Virus record (IMG/VR): IMGVR_UViG_3300048850_000068
Coordinates: 53,558 to 117,557 of that record
Direction: 5' to 3' (one strand)
DNA from: a virus
Length of the DNA stretch: 64,000 nucleotides
Positions 48,122-58,857 of this stretch are shown here, piece by piece; positions within the stretch are counted from its first letter, which is position 1, and every line of letters starts with the position of its first letter. The notes below the pieces were generated by a model that had not been told where the DNA came from, did no database searches, and saw only the letters and a program-made list of their open reading frames with translations. The position numbers and the translations under genes are program-made.

Positions 48122-48394
48122 TTAGTTGAGGGAACCCGTGCTCATGATCTGGCTGCCGACAATCGCCGGATCGTTCGCCACCTGCATCACAACGTCCATC
48201 ACCGGCGGAAGATTCCAGGCGACCATCAGAGCCATGAGCTTCTGCATGGTCTGTGTCATTTCCGGCGTCGGGCTTTCAAGCTGTGCCTTAGTATAGGTGT
48301 TGAAGATCTGCGGCGTGCCGTCGGCCTTGATGATGATGCCGGCATCACCAGTGGCGATCGGGGACGTCACGGTATTCTCTTGCGCGTTGAACAT
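48122..48394 (-). CDS. Hypothetical protein
   Basis: AAGGA RBS; terminator hairpin at 48088-48114. Confidence 0.55.
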   Translation of the reverse strand: MFNAQENTVTSPIATGDAGIIIKADGTPQIFNTYTKAQLESPTPEMTQTMQKLMALMVAWNLPPVMDVVMQVANDPAIVGSQIMSTGSLN

Positions 48395-48808
48395 TTCGTT
48401 TCCTTGTTGCGATGCGGATCGGGCAGCTCTAGCCCAGAAGCTCAGAAGCCCCGGCCTTGGGGTGCCGGGGCTTCCTTTTGTAGGCCTTCATGCTCTGCAC
48501 GACCCGGGGTCGGTGTTCAGCCCTGATTAAGGCGCGGGCTGCGACATTCGGCCCCGCGCGTCTAGGTAGTTTCACGTAGTTCTCCTTTTCGAAAGCTCTG
48601 CTGCTGGGTGTCTCTGACAACTTACTATTTACTGTATCAGATCGAACGCGGATTGCGAGCGGTTTTTAGCGAAATAGCGAAATCGCCTTTTAGTAAATAA
48701 GGTTAAAATAAGGCAGAGCCACGAAAACCAAAGGAAAATAATGCTTTGCCGTCAAGCGGGGCCGTAGTGTTGCCCCAACATGACACTTGCATGTAGAAGC
48801 CCTCACCG

Positions 48809-48834
48809 TTAATTGCTTCTTAACGCGCGGTTAG
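48809..48834. promoter_or_regulatory. CtrA-type box upstream of 48888 ORF
   Basis: TTAA-TTGCTTC-TTAA-CGCGCGG-TTAG. Confidence 0.55.
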
Positions 48835-48887
48835 GGGCCAATAACCAGAACGCGAACACAGCCGCTCATCCTTGGGGATAAGAGTAA

Positions 48888-49544
48888 ATGCACACCTCCC
48901 AGAATAATTCCAGCGCCTCCCGCCAAGAAGACGCCACAATTCAAACCCGCGAAATCATCCTCTCATCCGAGGAATACGCTGCGCTGCGCGAGCGGGTTAC
49001 CAGCCAGGTATTCGATGCTATTGAGAGCATCTTCGCCAAAGAGGGCCTGCTCTTCGACCGAGCCGCGTTCTTGGCTCAGGCCAGCTACGATCAGCCCGAG
49101 GTCTTGAACCAGCTCCTCGTCCTTGGCTGCAACGTCAGCGTCGGCGAGGACGACCCGCAGGCGCCGGAGCGTGAACCTGTTGCCGACAACGTGGTGAGCC
49201 TCGAGGGCGTGCGCGAGAAGCGCGCCAATCGCGTTCTCCCCTCCCCGGCTCAGATCGCAGCCCGCCTCCCTTTTGACCTGCGGCGCCTGGCGATGACCGC
49301 TGCGATGGTCGCCATGGTGCCGGCCTACTCCTTCGCCGACGTCAACGCCGACGGCTTTCTACTGCCCGAGGACTTCATGGCGCTGGCTGACCGGATGCAA
49401 GAGCCGGATCACGCTGACGATCACTTCCATCGCACCTTCATCGTCAACGGGCAGCGGGTCGAGATGGCGTTGCGCCGGGTCTCCGCGACCGAATACGAGG
49501 TCGTGCGGCATCGATCGTCACCGCATAACCACCGCGGAGAATGA
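48888..49544 (+). CDS. Hypothetical protein
   Basis: 218-aa ORF ending at a bidirectional terminator. Confidence 0.6.
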   Translation: MHTSQNNSSASRQEDATIQTREIILSSEEYAALRERVTSQVFDAIESIFAKEGLLFDRAAFLAQASYDQPEVLNQLLVLGCNVSVGEDDPQAPEREPVADNVVSLEGVREKRANRVLPSPAQIAARLPFDLRRLAMTAAMVAMVPAYSFADVNADGFLLPEDFMALADRMQEPDHADDHFHRTFIVNGQRVEMALRRVSATEYEVVRHRSSPHNHRGE

Positions 49545-49570
49545 AAGAGGCGCCTTCGGGCGCCTTTTTC
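49544..49570. terminator. Bidirectional intrinsic terminator
   Basis: AAAGAGGCGCC-ttcg-GGCGCCTTTTT. Confidence 0.8.
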
Positions 49571-50013
49571 GTGAGAGTAAGTGCCCCGATTATCGTCTTG
49601 GCTCTCGGGGCCACAAGCAGTCGGTTCTCGCACGATGTCCAGGCGGTCCTTATCGAGTGTGACGTCTCGGCCTGGTTTAGGGTCGTTGGCATTGACCTCG
49701 CGTTCAGCGAATGTGTCTTGGACCGGTTGGGAGACTGACTTATCCGTGCGATTCCCACCGCACGGCTGCTTTACCCCGGAGCCGTTACTCTGTTGGAGTG
49801 CGCCAGTGTGAGCGTGATGCTCGATCGGATGAGGGCGCTATAACGTCTTGCGGGCGCTCTGTGTAATGGCCCGCCGTCGATATCGTGGCTTGTGCCAGGT
49901 TTAGCGCTTCATGACTGCCTCCTCTTGCGCGTCGTCTGTGCGCTTCGTTCGCTGCGATGATTAGAATATACTGATATTTCAAAGGGTTGCGAGCGGGGGA
50001 ATTAGCGAAATCG

Positions 50014-50415
50014 CTACTTCCCTAAAGCAAGAACCTTCCGGCCGTATCCGCGGCAGCGGACGGGTGCTCCGACACCCGTGTTGTAGAGGCTGATGCCGGC
50101 GCAGCCCGCCCCTCCCCTCTCGATGGCCAGGCGCAGATAGCGCATGCCGCAATCGAGATTGACATGGGGATCGAACAGGTTCCGCCCGCATCCAAGAGCC
50201 CGGGCCGTGTGGACGCTGATCTGCATCAGGCCATGGTGGATGCCGTTGCGGGCCTTGGGATTATAGCGGCTCTCGACCCGGACAACGCCATGACCGATTC
50301 CGCCTGGAACGCCGTGCTTTGCGGCGTAGTGATCGACCATGGAGCTGATCGATTGGCTCTCCGCCATGGCCGGTGCAGCCAGCAGGACGAGAACCGCAGC
50401 AATAGAAAACTTCAC
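50014..50415 (-). CDS. Exported lytic transglycosylase (SLT)
   Basis: Signal peptide; VESRYNP, GLMQI, YNTG. Confidence 0.88.
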   Translation of the reverse strand: MKFSIAAVLVLLAAPAMAESQSISSMVDHYAAKHGVPGGIGHGVVRVESRYNPKARNGIHHGLMQISVHTARALGCGRNLFDPHVNLDCGMRYLRLAIERGGAGCAGISLYNTGVGAPVRCRGYGRKVLALGK

Positions 50416-50501
50416 CCTTCCAAACTCCTTTGTGGTTGATGGTAAGTCATTACTGACTTACCACGGTGGTTAAATCAAGGCCGTGGGACCCGGCGCCGCA
50501 C

Positions 50502-53500
50502 TCAGCGCCATTGTTCCTTGAGCTTCTGGACCTCGCGCAGCGCCTTCTCCTGATCGTAGTTGGGGTGCCGCTTCCAGTAGTTCATCTTGCGATCGGCGAT
50601 GTCCTTTTCCTTCGTCGCCTGTGCCTTCTCATACATATCCTTGGTCGTTTTCGCGATGAAGTCCAAGGTGAGCATGTTGGCATAGTGCGTGAGGAAGTGT
50701 TTCGTGGCGTTCATCTTGTAGTAGTCAACGGGAAAACCGCTGCTGTCGCCACCGTTGTCGCTGTAGAAGATACCCATAACCGCGTTCTCCGCGCTTGTTG
50801 CTGACAATTTACTGTCGCACAACAAGCAACGGATTGCGGGCGGTATCGAAAGGGCGATTTCGCTATTTCGCGCGCAGACGCTCGAGGGCGTCCGGGTCCC
50901 AGTCCGTCGCAGGGACGGCGCCGACGGGCAGCAGCGGGCGATATTCGCTCAGTCCGCCCCAGCCGGCGCCGTTGCCGGCCCGCTTCACCGCGCGATAGAC
51001 CTCTTCCGGGACGCCTTCGATCTTGTCCTTGGTGTAGACGCGGCGGTAGTGGTCGGCCGCTCGCTCGTCACCCAGGCCGATCACCCAGCGCATGCCCTCC
51101 TCGAAGCTCCACGGCGCGTGCTTGCGCGCCATGTGCTCCTTCCAGTCCTCACGGTCGATGCGGCTCACGATTCGGTAGCGGTTAGAGCCGGCGCGATAGC
51201 CCGAGGCGATCAGGCGCCGGGCCATCTGGTCGTGGGTCTCGGTCATTACTCGATACCCCACTGCCGTCTGATACTCTCCGCCTCCTCATTGAGGGCGGCG
51301 ATCTCCTGCTGGATCCGGGCGTATTCCTCATCCATCTCGGGCGTCGTGAACCCGAAGGAGTTCGAGCCGTCGAGGGCGCCGGCCCGGTGATGGAGAGATT
51401 CGAGCATGTCCTCGATCTCCCGGTAGCGCTGCTTGAGGCTCATCTGATGAATCCCCTATCCCGGATGTCCGTCAGGGTGCGGATCACCTGGTCGATCTCC
51501 TTCGGCTGAAGGTAGACGCCGATGGTCTCGCCATACTTGCCGAGCATGAGATAGGCGGTTCCGGGCGGCTTGTCGGAGTGCTCGCTGATGGAGAGCGAGT
51601 GACGGTCCCAGCCGGCGCCGGTCTCCTCGAGAACCTGAAGCTCCAGGCGCCGCACAATACCGTCGTCCTTTAGCGAATTCGCGGATTCGAGCAGCTCCAG
51701 CTCCTCGACCTTGTAATCGAGCTCCATGACCGCACTGCCGCTGGTCTGCACGCGGATGCGGACCGGTCGCAGCTTGTTGCGGCTCGAGCCCAGCACCCTC
51801 CCCTCCTTGCCCAGATTCGAGGGCGTGATTGTGTCCACGGCAACTCTGACCCGGTCTCCCTTCTGAAAGGTCATCGCTATTTCCTCCTTTCGCTAATTCG
51901 ACGCAGGAGAACGTTAACCGCTTCCTCGGGCGTGCCGCCCTCACCTTGAATCTCACCCGTGCTTTCGCCGAGACTGACGGACGCGACCGGGTTACCGATC
52001 TCCGCGGACCAGACATGCCCGCCGGCGGACGTCGGGTAGTAGAACAGGGCGAACTCCTTGTTGCCTTCCTTGGCCTTGATCGCCTCGTCGATCAGGAACT
52101 TAAGGTCCATCGCTATTTCGTCCTTTCGCGAATGGGAGAGCGCCGCAGCGCCCTCCTCTCTCAGGTGGATATACATCAGAACATACCCCAAAGCTCGTGG
52201 GCGTATTGCGACTGACCCGCGGCGGCAGCCTCGGCCGCAGCCTGGAACTCGTCGTCGGGCTCCAGCGACTTAGCGGCTTCGTTCAATCGCGAATTCGCTA
52301 TCGCCTCGAGCCGATCGACATAGGCGTGCAGATTCTTGCGCGCCCGCACGAGCTGCCGGCCCGTCATGTTGTCGTTGTAGCGGGGCAGGGCGTGATAGAC
52401 CGAGGTGAAGAACTCGCCGTCCGGACCGTCTTTGAAGGCGCCCGTGGGATAAAGTTGCTTGATGGCGCGCACAACCCAGGCCTTCGAGGTCGTGAGGTTG
52501 GCGAGGATCTCGTCTTGCGTCCAGATTTTCATCGCGTGGTCTCGCGTTCGTTGCTGACAATCTCTTGTCGCATACGCTGAGACGGAATGCGGTCGGGAAT
52601 TCGCTAAATCGCTAGGGAGTTGTGCGGGTCCTCCCCGCCGCGGCTGTTATCGTTGCCGTCCACCGTCCACCCACGGCTCCGTGTCTCGTCGGGAGCATAC
52701 GCCTGGTGCCTTACTGCCTCGGCATATCAGGACCCGCCGGCAGGGCGGGATCTCATTAGAGCGTCGCTGAGTAGCGAAATCAAGAAAGAGCGACGCTGAG
52801 CGCTGAAACTCGCTCCCGTCGCTCTGTGACGCTCGCTCGCGATTCTACGCACTAACCGCTGTGCGCTGCTGCTTCGCTCTTTCGCGCTTTAGCGAAATCT
52901 CAGGCACGACCCCGACGGGAACGCTCTGAAGCACATAGGAGCGGTCCGGGAAGCGCTTGTTCCGCTCCTCCCAGTAACGTTCGGCCGAGGCTTGATGGCT
53001 CTCGACGATGCCGAGCCACTGCCCGTTGAGATAGACGGCTAGGTTCGCCATTTCGCTAAATCGCCCTTGGTTCGGTATCGCACTCGAGGGAGTGGACGAT
53101 GATAATGTCGTCGGAGCTCGCCGGGCCGGCCGCGCGAAGACGGCGTTCAAACTCCTCGAAAGCCTTCGTTCGATCTTCCGCCTGGATGATCTCAAGGGTA
53201 TCCTCATCGTCGAACGGGATCCGGCCCGTAATGATGAACCACTTCATCGCTCTTTCGTCCTTTCGCTAATTCGGGAAGGTGACGGTCACGGGCACGATCT
53301 CCATATCCTCGCGCTTGCGGCTGGGAACGGGCGTGAGACGAGTCTCCTCATAGAAGCCGTCGTAGATATCCCCGCCGCGGTCGCAGTAGACCTTGCCCTG
53401 CAACCAGACGGTCAGGACGATCTTCGCCTGGCGCTCGGTGTGGCACAGGCGGGGATGGTGCGTCTTGGGATCGGCGGGCTCGAGGTGCGAACCACCCCGA

Positions 53501-53577
53501 CCCGCGCGGCCCGTGGGCTCCGGCAGGAAGTGCCCTGTCGGAACGTGCTTGATGGCATACTTGGTGATCGTGGTCAC
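50502..53577 (-). CDS. Run of small hypothetical ORFs (50502-~50777, 50863-~51246, 51246-51443, 51440-51874, 51877-~52110, 52176-52532, 52845-~53051, 53056-53247, 53266-53577)
   Basis: Coupled ORFs, many joined by TAGCGAAAGG junctions. Confidence 0.55.
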
Positions 53578-53592
53578 GAATTCGCCCTTTCG

Positions 53593-54957
53593 CTAATTCT
53601 TCCGCCAGGGCGCGTCCTGCTGCCAGTCGCCGGCCATGATCGACCCGTAGGGCTCGACCTGATCGACGACCTCGGCAAGCCCATACTTGCGGATCTGGGC
53701 CTGAACCGCGTCAGCGTTCTTGTAGGCGCTGGGCAGCTCGGAATGATCCGGGACGCCGCAGAACGACCGAATGTCGAACCCGCGGGCCTGAAGGGTCGCT
53801 AATTCGTCCTTTAGCGAATCAGCGTTCTCGCGAAGGTGCTGGGTGCGGGAGAGATTCCGGCCGGCGCCGTGCGGGGCGAACCCAAGCGCTTCCTTGCGGT
53901 CGCTGTGCTTGGTGATCAGGATCGGCTGGCTCAGGTTGAGCGGGATCAGCGTGTAGCCGGAATCGTCCGCGGCAAAGCCCGACCAGGAGGGCGTGGCGCC
54001 CTTGCCGTGATAGAACAGCCCGTCCGACTTCTGGAACACGAAGTTATGCTCGTTCCAGAACTGAAGCGTGATCTTGTTGCCGATCTGCTGCGCGGCGAGC
54101 TCGTGGATCTTGAAGTGGCTCCGCTTGGTCCACTCCCGGATGACCTGCAGGGCCTTCCAGTAGGCCTCGCCGTCGGCCGACGACGCCTTGATCCAGGCAT
54201 TGTGCGGCGGAACCTTCGGGGCGACGATCGCCGTGTGCCGCTTCGCAACGGCCATGCCGCGCTTGTAAAGCTGCGCGCCCAAACCCCGCGAGCCGTGGTG
54301 CGTGACCAGGGCCAACTGTCCGGACGACTTGAGGCGCCCGACATAGGCGAAGTGATTGCCGTCACCCTGAGAGGCGAAGTGACCGACGGCGTAGTTTTCC
54401 AGGCCCTTGAGGAAGATATTGCCCTCGAACTGGTCCATCACCTCCTTGGGCGGCGTGATCATGTCGGGACGCCCACCCGGGCCGAAATGGGTCACGTCCT
54501 GCACCGCATCGAGCAGGCGCTTGGGATCGTCCTCACGACGAAATAGCGAAATCGCGACCGAGCAGCAGATATCGGCCGAGTGGAAGCCCGGGTGAATGGC
54601 GTCCTCGGCCGCAACGGCACCGCCGACGGGAATCGTGCCCATCTGCGAGCCCGACGGGCAAGCATCCGGCATCACGGCGCCGGCGACGAGGGTCGGAACC
54701 CTCATCAGAGCGTCCATGTGGGCCGTGACCGATGCGAGATTCTGGCGCTCGAGGTCCGTATCCGGATCCAGGAACACCGAGAAGGGGAGGGAGTTGGTGC
54801 GCATCAGGGTCTCGACCGGCACCATGTCCTGCAGAATGCGGAAGATCGCGTCCTCGTTATAGCCCTGGCCGCGGAGCTCGTTCGCCTTGGCGATACCCTC
54901 CTTGAACCACTTGCCGGGCTTGAAGCCCCATTGCTGTAGATGCTGCCCCGTAATCAC
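53593..54957 (-). CDS. rtcB: RtcB RNA ligase
   Basis: MPDAC, ADICCS, GDGNHF, HHGSRG, EHNF, HGKGAT, PHGAGR, ELPSAYK. Confidence 0.92.
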   Translation of the reverse strand: MITGQHLQQWGFKPGKWFKEGIAKANELRGQGYNEDAIFRILQDMVPVETLMRTNSLPFSVFLDPDTDLERQNLASVTAHMDALMRVPTLVAGAVMPDACPSGSQMGTIPVGGAVAAEDAIHPGFHSADICCSVAISLFRREDDPKRLLDAVQDVTHFGPGGRPDMITPPKEVMDQFEGNIFLKGLENYAVGHFASQGDGNHFAYVGRLKSSGQLALVTHHGSRGLGAQLYKRGMAVAKRHTAIVAPKVPPHNAWIKASSADGEAYWKALQVIREWTKRSHFKIHELAAQQIGNKITLQFWNEHNFVFQKSDGLFYHGKGATPSWSGFAADDSGYTLIPLNLSQPILITKHSDRKEALGFAPHGAGRNLSRTQHLRENADSLKDELATLQARGFDIRSFCGVPDHSELPSAYKNADAVQAQIRKYGLAEVVDQVEPYGSIMAGDWQQDAPWRKN

Positions 54958-55533
54958 GATTTCGTCCTTTCGCTAATTCGCTTCGTCTTCAAGGGCCCGC
55001 ACCGGGGCCAAACTGACCTTCTGCCGGCGCAGGCGATTGGATAATGTGGATCGTTCAGAGGCCCGCCGGCGCGCATCGGGATCCGACTTGGACTTCTCCA
55101 TGCTCGCAAACCAGATCGGATCGAAGGGCTGGCTGATGTTGGGCGTGCCGACGCTGGTCAGGCTGGCCGGCGCCGCGACGCGCTTGCCTCTCATGCCTGC
55201 ACCCGCAAGCCGAGGGCCTGGTAGATGGTCTTGGCGCGCTCGTCGGTGCCGAAGAAGCCCGCGATATCCTCGCGCCGGGTGAAGGTCTCGCGTTTGCGGA
55301 TGCCCCGGATCGAATCCAGATGCTCGCAGGTGTAGACCATTTTCTCCTCGAGGACGCGCATCCGGCCGGTGCTGCGGTCGAAGCCGGAACCCCAGTGGGC
55401 ATTGGCGAGAACGTTCTTCGGCATACTTTCCTCCTGTGGCGATTTCGCTAAATAACGAAATAGCGCCGATGCCGGTTCGAGAAAAGGCGGATCCTGTGGG
55501 ACCCGCCGTGGATTGTGGGGAGAGAAGGAGGCT

Positions 55534-56346
55534 TTACGCCTCCTCCTCCTTGCTCAGCATCTCCTTCATGGCGAAGGCGAGGAGCGAATCCTCGTTGAGC
55601 GTGAGGGTCTGCTTCACGCGGGTCGCGATCTCGAGGATCGGGAACAGGGCCATGATCTGCCCTGCCTGGCTGCGGGCCGTGCCCTCGGTGTAGCAGTTGC
55701 CGTCCTTCTTGACGGTCGCCTTGAGGGTCGCGACCAGGTCAGTCGAGGTGATCGTGCCGCCCTTGTTCACCAGGGCCGCGAAGCAATCCATCGTGTAGGT
55801 CGAAGGACGCTTGCCGGCCGGCACAGTCAGAAGGAGATTCTCGAACTTCTCGTTCACCTTCTTCTGACCAGGCGCCCGGGCCATCACGTCCGCCTTGTTC
55901 TGCGCCAGGTCCTCCGGCGGGTTGGCGATCGACAGGACGAAGGCGCTCTCGGGCAGCGAGGCAAGGTCACGCGGGGCCTTGGGCGCCTTCGGGGTCTTCG
56001 CGGCAGCAGCCTTGGCGGGCTTTGCAGCGGCCGGCGCCGGGGTTGCGGTTGTGTCGCCGACGTCGCTGCTCTCGGCTTCTTGCTCGCCGTAAGCATCTTC
56101 CTTCGCCGCTTCGAGCTCGATGGCGTTGAGCGCGTCGTCGTCGAGAGCGAGGGCCTGGTCGAGTTCTTCGACGGCCGGCTCTTCGGTCACGGTCTCTTCC
56201 TCGGCAACCGCCTCGAGGACGTCAGCCTCGGTGATCTCTTCGAGGACGCCGGTCTCTTCGATATTGAGATCCAAGTCGAGCGAGCCGAGGGCTGCATCAA
56301 TGCTGTCGAGTTCGGCGGCGGTCTGGGTGGCGATCTGCGTATCCAT
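55534..56346 (-). CDS. Hypothetical protein with very acidic N-half and probable winged-helix C-domain
   Basis: AGAGGAG RBS; YTEGTARSQAGQIMALF resembles the C-terminus of 34860-35744. Confidence 0.7.
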   Translation of the reverse strand: MDTQIATQTAAELDSIDAALGSLDLDLNIEETGVLEEITEADVLEAVAEEETVTEEPAVEELDQALALDDDALNAIELEAAKEDAYGEQEAESSDVGDTTATPAPAAAKPAKAAAAKTPKAPKAPRDLASLPESAFVLSIANPPEDLAQNKADVMARAPGQKKVNEKFENLLLTVPAGKRPSTYTMDCFAALVNKGGTITSTDLVATLKATVKKDGNCYTEGTARSQAGQIMALFPILEIATRVKQTLTLNEDSLLAFAMKEMLSKEEEA

Positions 56347-56475
56347 GTCTGCTATCTCCTCTGTTGTGCGCTGTGTGCGTTGCGCTCTGTTCGTCTTGAA
56401 CAGTTATGAATATAGCGATTTCGCTAAGGAATGCGGTCGGCAAATCGCTAATTCGCTAGGCAACTGGTGAGGCTC

Positions 56476-56949
56476 TCAGAACGTAATCGGGGTCAAATTA
56501 GCGGGCATGTAGAGTGGGTGCGCGGGCGCTCCGCCCTTGGTGACACGAAGCGCCTGCAGTGTGGCACCGGCTGTCCGGAAGCGGTCGATCACCTCTCGGC
56601 TACGGGTCTCGGCCATCTTATGTGCGCCCCAGGCGCACAGGATCGGCCCTTGGGCCTTTTCAGCAATCCGGGCGAGGATCTCGTCATTCCGCGGGCCGAT
56701 AGGGGAGGGGTGAGCGATGAGCGCCTTGGGGTCGGTTGCCCGCAGCGCAAATAGGTTCGCCACGCAGAGAGCGCCATAGCCCCAGCTCTTCGCAAAACCG
56801 ACGCAGCGCCGGATGGTCGGATCATCCTCGGTCTCATCGGCCGTGGAGGGGTTGAGCATGATGATCGGCAGCGTCGGGCCTGGCGCCCATTCCCGGCGCA
56901 GCAAATAGCGGTAGACCCGATGTTCCGAGAGAATTGCGGCTGTCTTCAT
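56476..56949 (-). CDS. DUF1643 family protein
   Basis: YRY.L.R.W, MLNPSTAD..DDPTIRRC, NLFA.RAT.P, AWG, HPLY. Confidence 0.88.
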   Translation of the reverse strand: MKTAAILSEHRVYRYLLRREWAPGPTLPIIMLNPSTADETEDDPTIRRCVGFAKSWGYGALCVANLFALRATDPKALIAHPSPIGPRNDEILARIAEKAQGPILCAWGAHKMAETRSREVIDRFRTAGATLQALRVTKGGAPAHPLYMPANLTPITF

Positions 56950-56973
56950 TTCGCGGTTTCGCTCTTTCGCTAA

Positions 56974-57868
56974 TTACATCCAGGAATCGCCGTCGCGATC
57001 GAGGCAGTAGCGGAGCTCCTGCGGGTCGAACCGCACGAAGTCGCAATCCCATCCGCCATACCACTTCTCGTAGTTGAAGAAGCCCATGTCCTCGCCGTGG
57101 TGATAGCGATGATCGCGGATCTTCCGGTTGAGCAGCATGGCGAGGAGACAGCCGGCCTTAGCGCTGTAGCGGATCCACCGTGGAGCGGATTCGTAACTAC
57201 CCCGGTCCGTGGTGAGCAGCATCCACACGCCCTGCCAGTAGGTCTTGATCTGATGCAGGCGCTCGTCGCGATGGAACAGGACCTTGTCGGTCTCGGTCAT
57301 GAAGTCTTCCCAGTCGGCTTCGTGGATCTCGTTCATGAGCGGATTACCTTCACTTGCGCCTCGCGGCCGGCGAGGAGTCTTGCTGTGCGCTCGGCAGCGC
57401 GGGCGGTATGGAAGTCGTCACCGATGCGGCAAGGCGTGCCGATCCAGCCCTTGCGGTCCCAGGACTTCTGGATCATCCACTTGCCGTTCTCGCGCTTGGA
57501 TACGGTGAACGTGGGCTGCTGGCTCATTCGACGACCCTCAAGAACGACGGCCGGGCCTTGGGCTCGGGCTTCTTCTCGACCGGATAGCCGCGGCTCATAC
57601 CGGGACGGGTGCCATCCCAAGGCGGGCACATCGGGTGCGGCATGCCGGCGAGCGGGTAGGGCTGGTTCACCTCGAACCACTTGCCGTTGACCATCGTGCG
57701 GATCGGCTTCGGGCGGACCTTGAGCACCCGAAACTGCCCCTTCACCTTCTGGAACAGAAAGAGGCTCAGACGCGGCCCGTCGATATAGGCGCCGGTCTTC
57801 AGGAACGGAGCGCCATTCGCGCATTGCTTGAAGCGCTCCAGGGTCATGTTGTCGTTTTCGGCGATCAT
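56974..57868 (-). CDS. Small hypothetical ORFs (56974-57336, 57333-57527, 57524-57868)
   Basis: Coupled ORFs. Confidence 0.55.
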
Positions 57869-58127
57869 AAGTCAGTCCTTACTGACGTCTCGAACCAAAT
57901 GACCGGTGAGCCCGGCGATCAGGATCAGAACTCGCGTGAACACCCAGGCAGCCAGGGCCGCGACCACGTAGCCGGACGCCGCGAAGAACGCGGCGAGGGG
58001 AGGGCGCATGCACTGGACCAGGCTCGTGGGCGCGAATCCGATCGCGACCTTGAGCGAGAGCAGGAAGGCAGCCTTGCGGCTGGGATTCTCTTCCATGAGG
58101 ATCGGAATCGGCTCCTTGAAGCGTTGC

Positions 58128-58685
58128 TTAGGCAGCCGCATCGAGGATCTCCTGCTTGATCTGGAACGCGCCCCAGTCGAGGCCACGGAAGAAGGCGTCC
58201 ATCATCACCTTCACGTCGTAATCCGCGGCGTGCGCCTTGTCGGCGTCGTAGGGGATGTTGGCTGCGAAGCACAGTTCACCGAGGGTCGGCACCTTGCCGT
58301 TCGGCGTGGCCCAGCGGCCGTTGCGCATGGTGTCGAGCACGGGCACCGTGATCTCGGGCAGCTTCACGCGCCGGAGCTCATAGTTGATGAACGGGCCGTC
58401 GAAGCTCTTCCAGTTGTGACCAACGATCAGAGCGCCGCGATAGAGGAAGTTGTGCACGTTGCCGGCGACATCCTCCCAGAGCGGGCAGCCCTGCAGGTCG
58501 TGGATCGAGATGCCGTGCACCTGCTGCGCCGCGATGGCAATCGAACGCTGCGGGTCGATCCGGGTGTAGAACTCGTCCACGAGCTTGCGCGTCGCAAGGT
58601 CCCAGGCGCCGAGATAGACCTCGATGATCTTGTGGTCGCCGGGTTCGAGGCCCGTGGTTTCGATGTCGCCGCCGATGATGATCAC
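58128..58685 (-). CDS. DEDDh 3'-5' exonuclease (DnaQ-like)
   Basis: DIETTG, HN..FD, HAADYD. Confidence 0.92.
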   Translation of the reverse strand: MIIIGGDIETTGLEPGDHKIIEVYLGAWDLATRKLVDEFYTRIDPQRSIAIAAQQVHGISIHDLQGCPLWEDVAGNVHNFLYRGALIVGHNWKSFDGPFINYELRRVKLPEITVPVLDTMRNGRWATPNGKVPTLGELCFAANIPYDADKAHAADYDVKVMMDAFFRGLDWGAFQIKQEILDAAA

Positions 58686-58857
58686 GCTGTTTGCTCCAAG
58701 TTTTCCACTGCCTTTGCGAGAGGCACAATCTCGTCGGCGATTTCGAATTCGTCCGGATAGACAAAGCGATCAAGGACGGGATCCCAAGACGGATACTTAC
58801 CCTCGCGCCGGCGTCCTTCGACAATCGCCTGCGCCTCTTTGTCTTTCAGGTCCTCAA

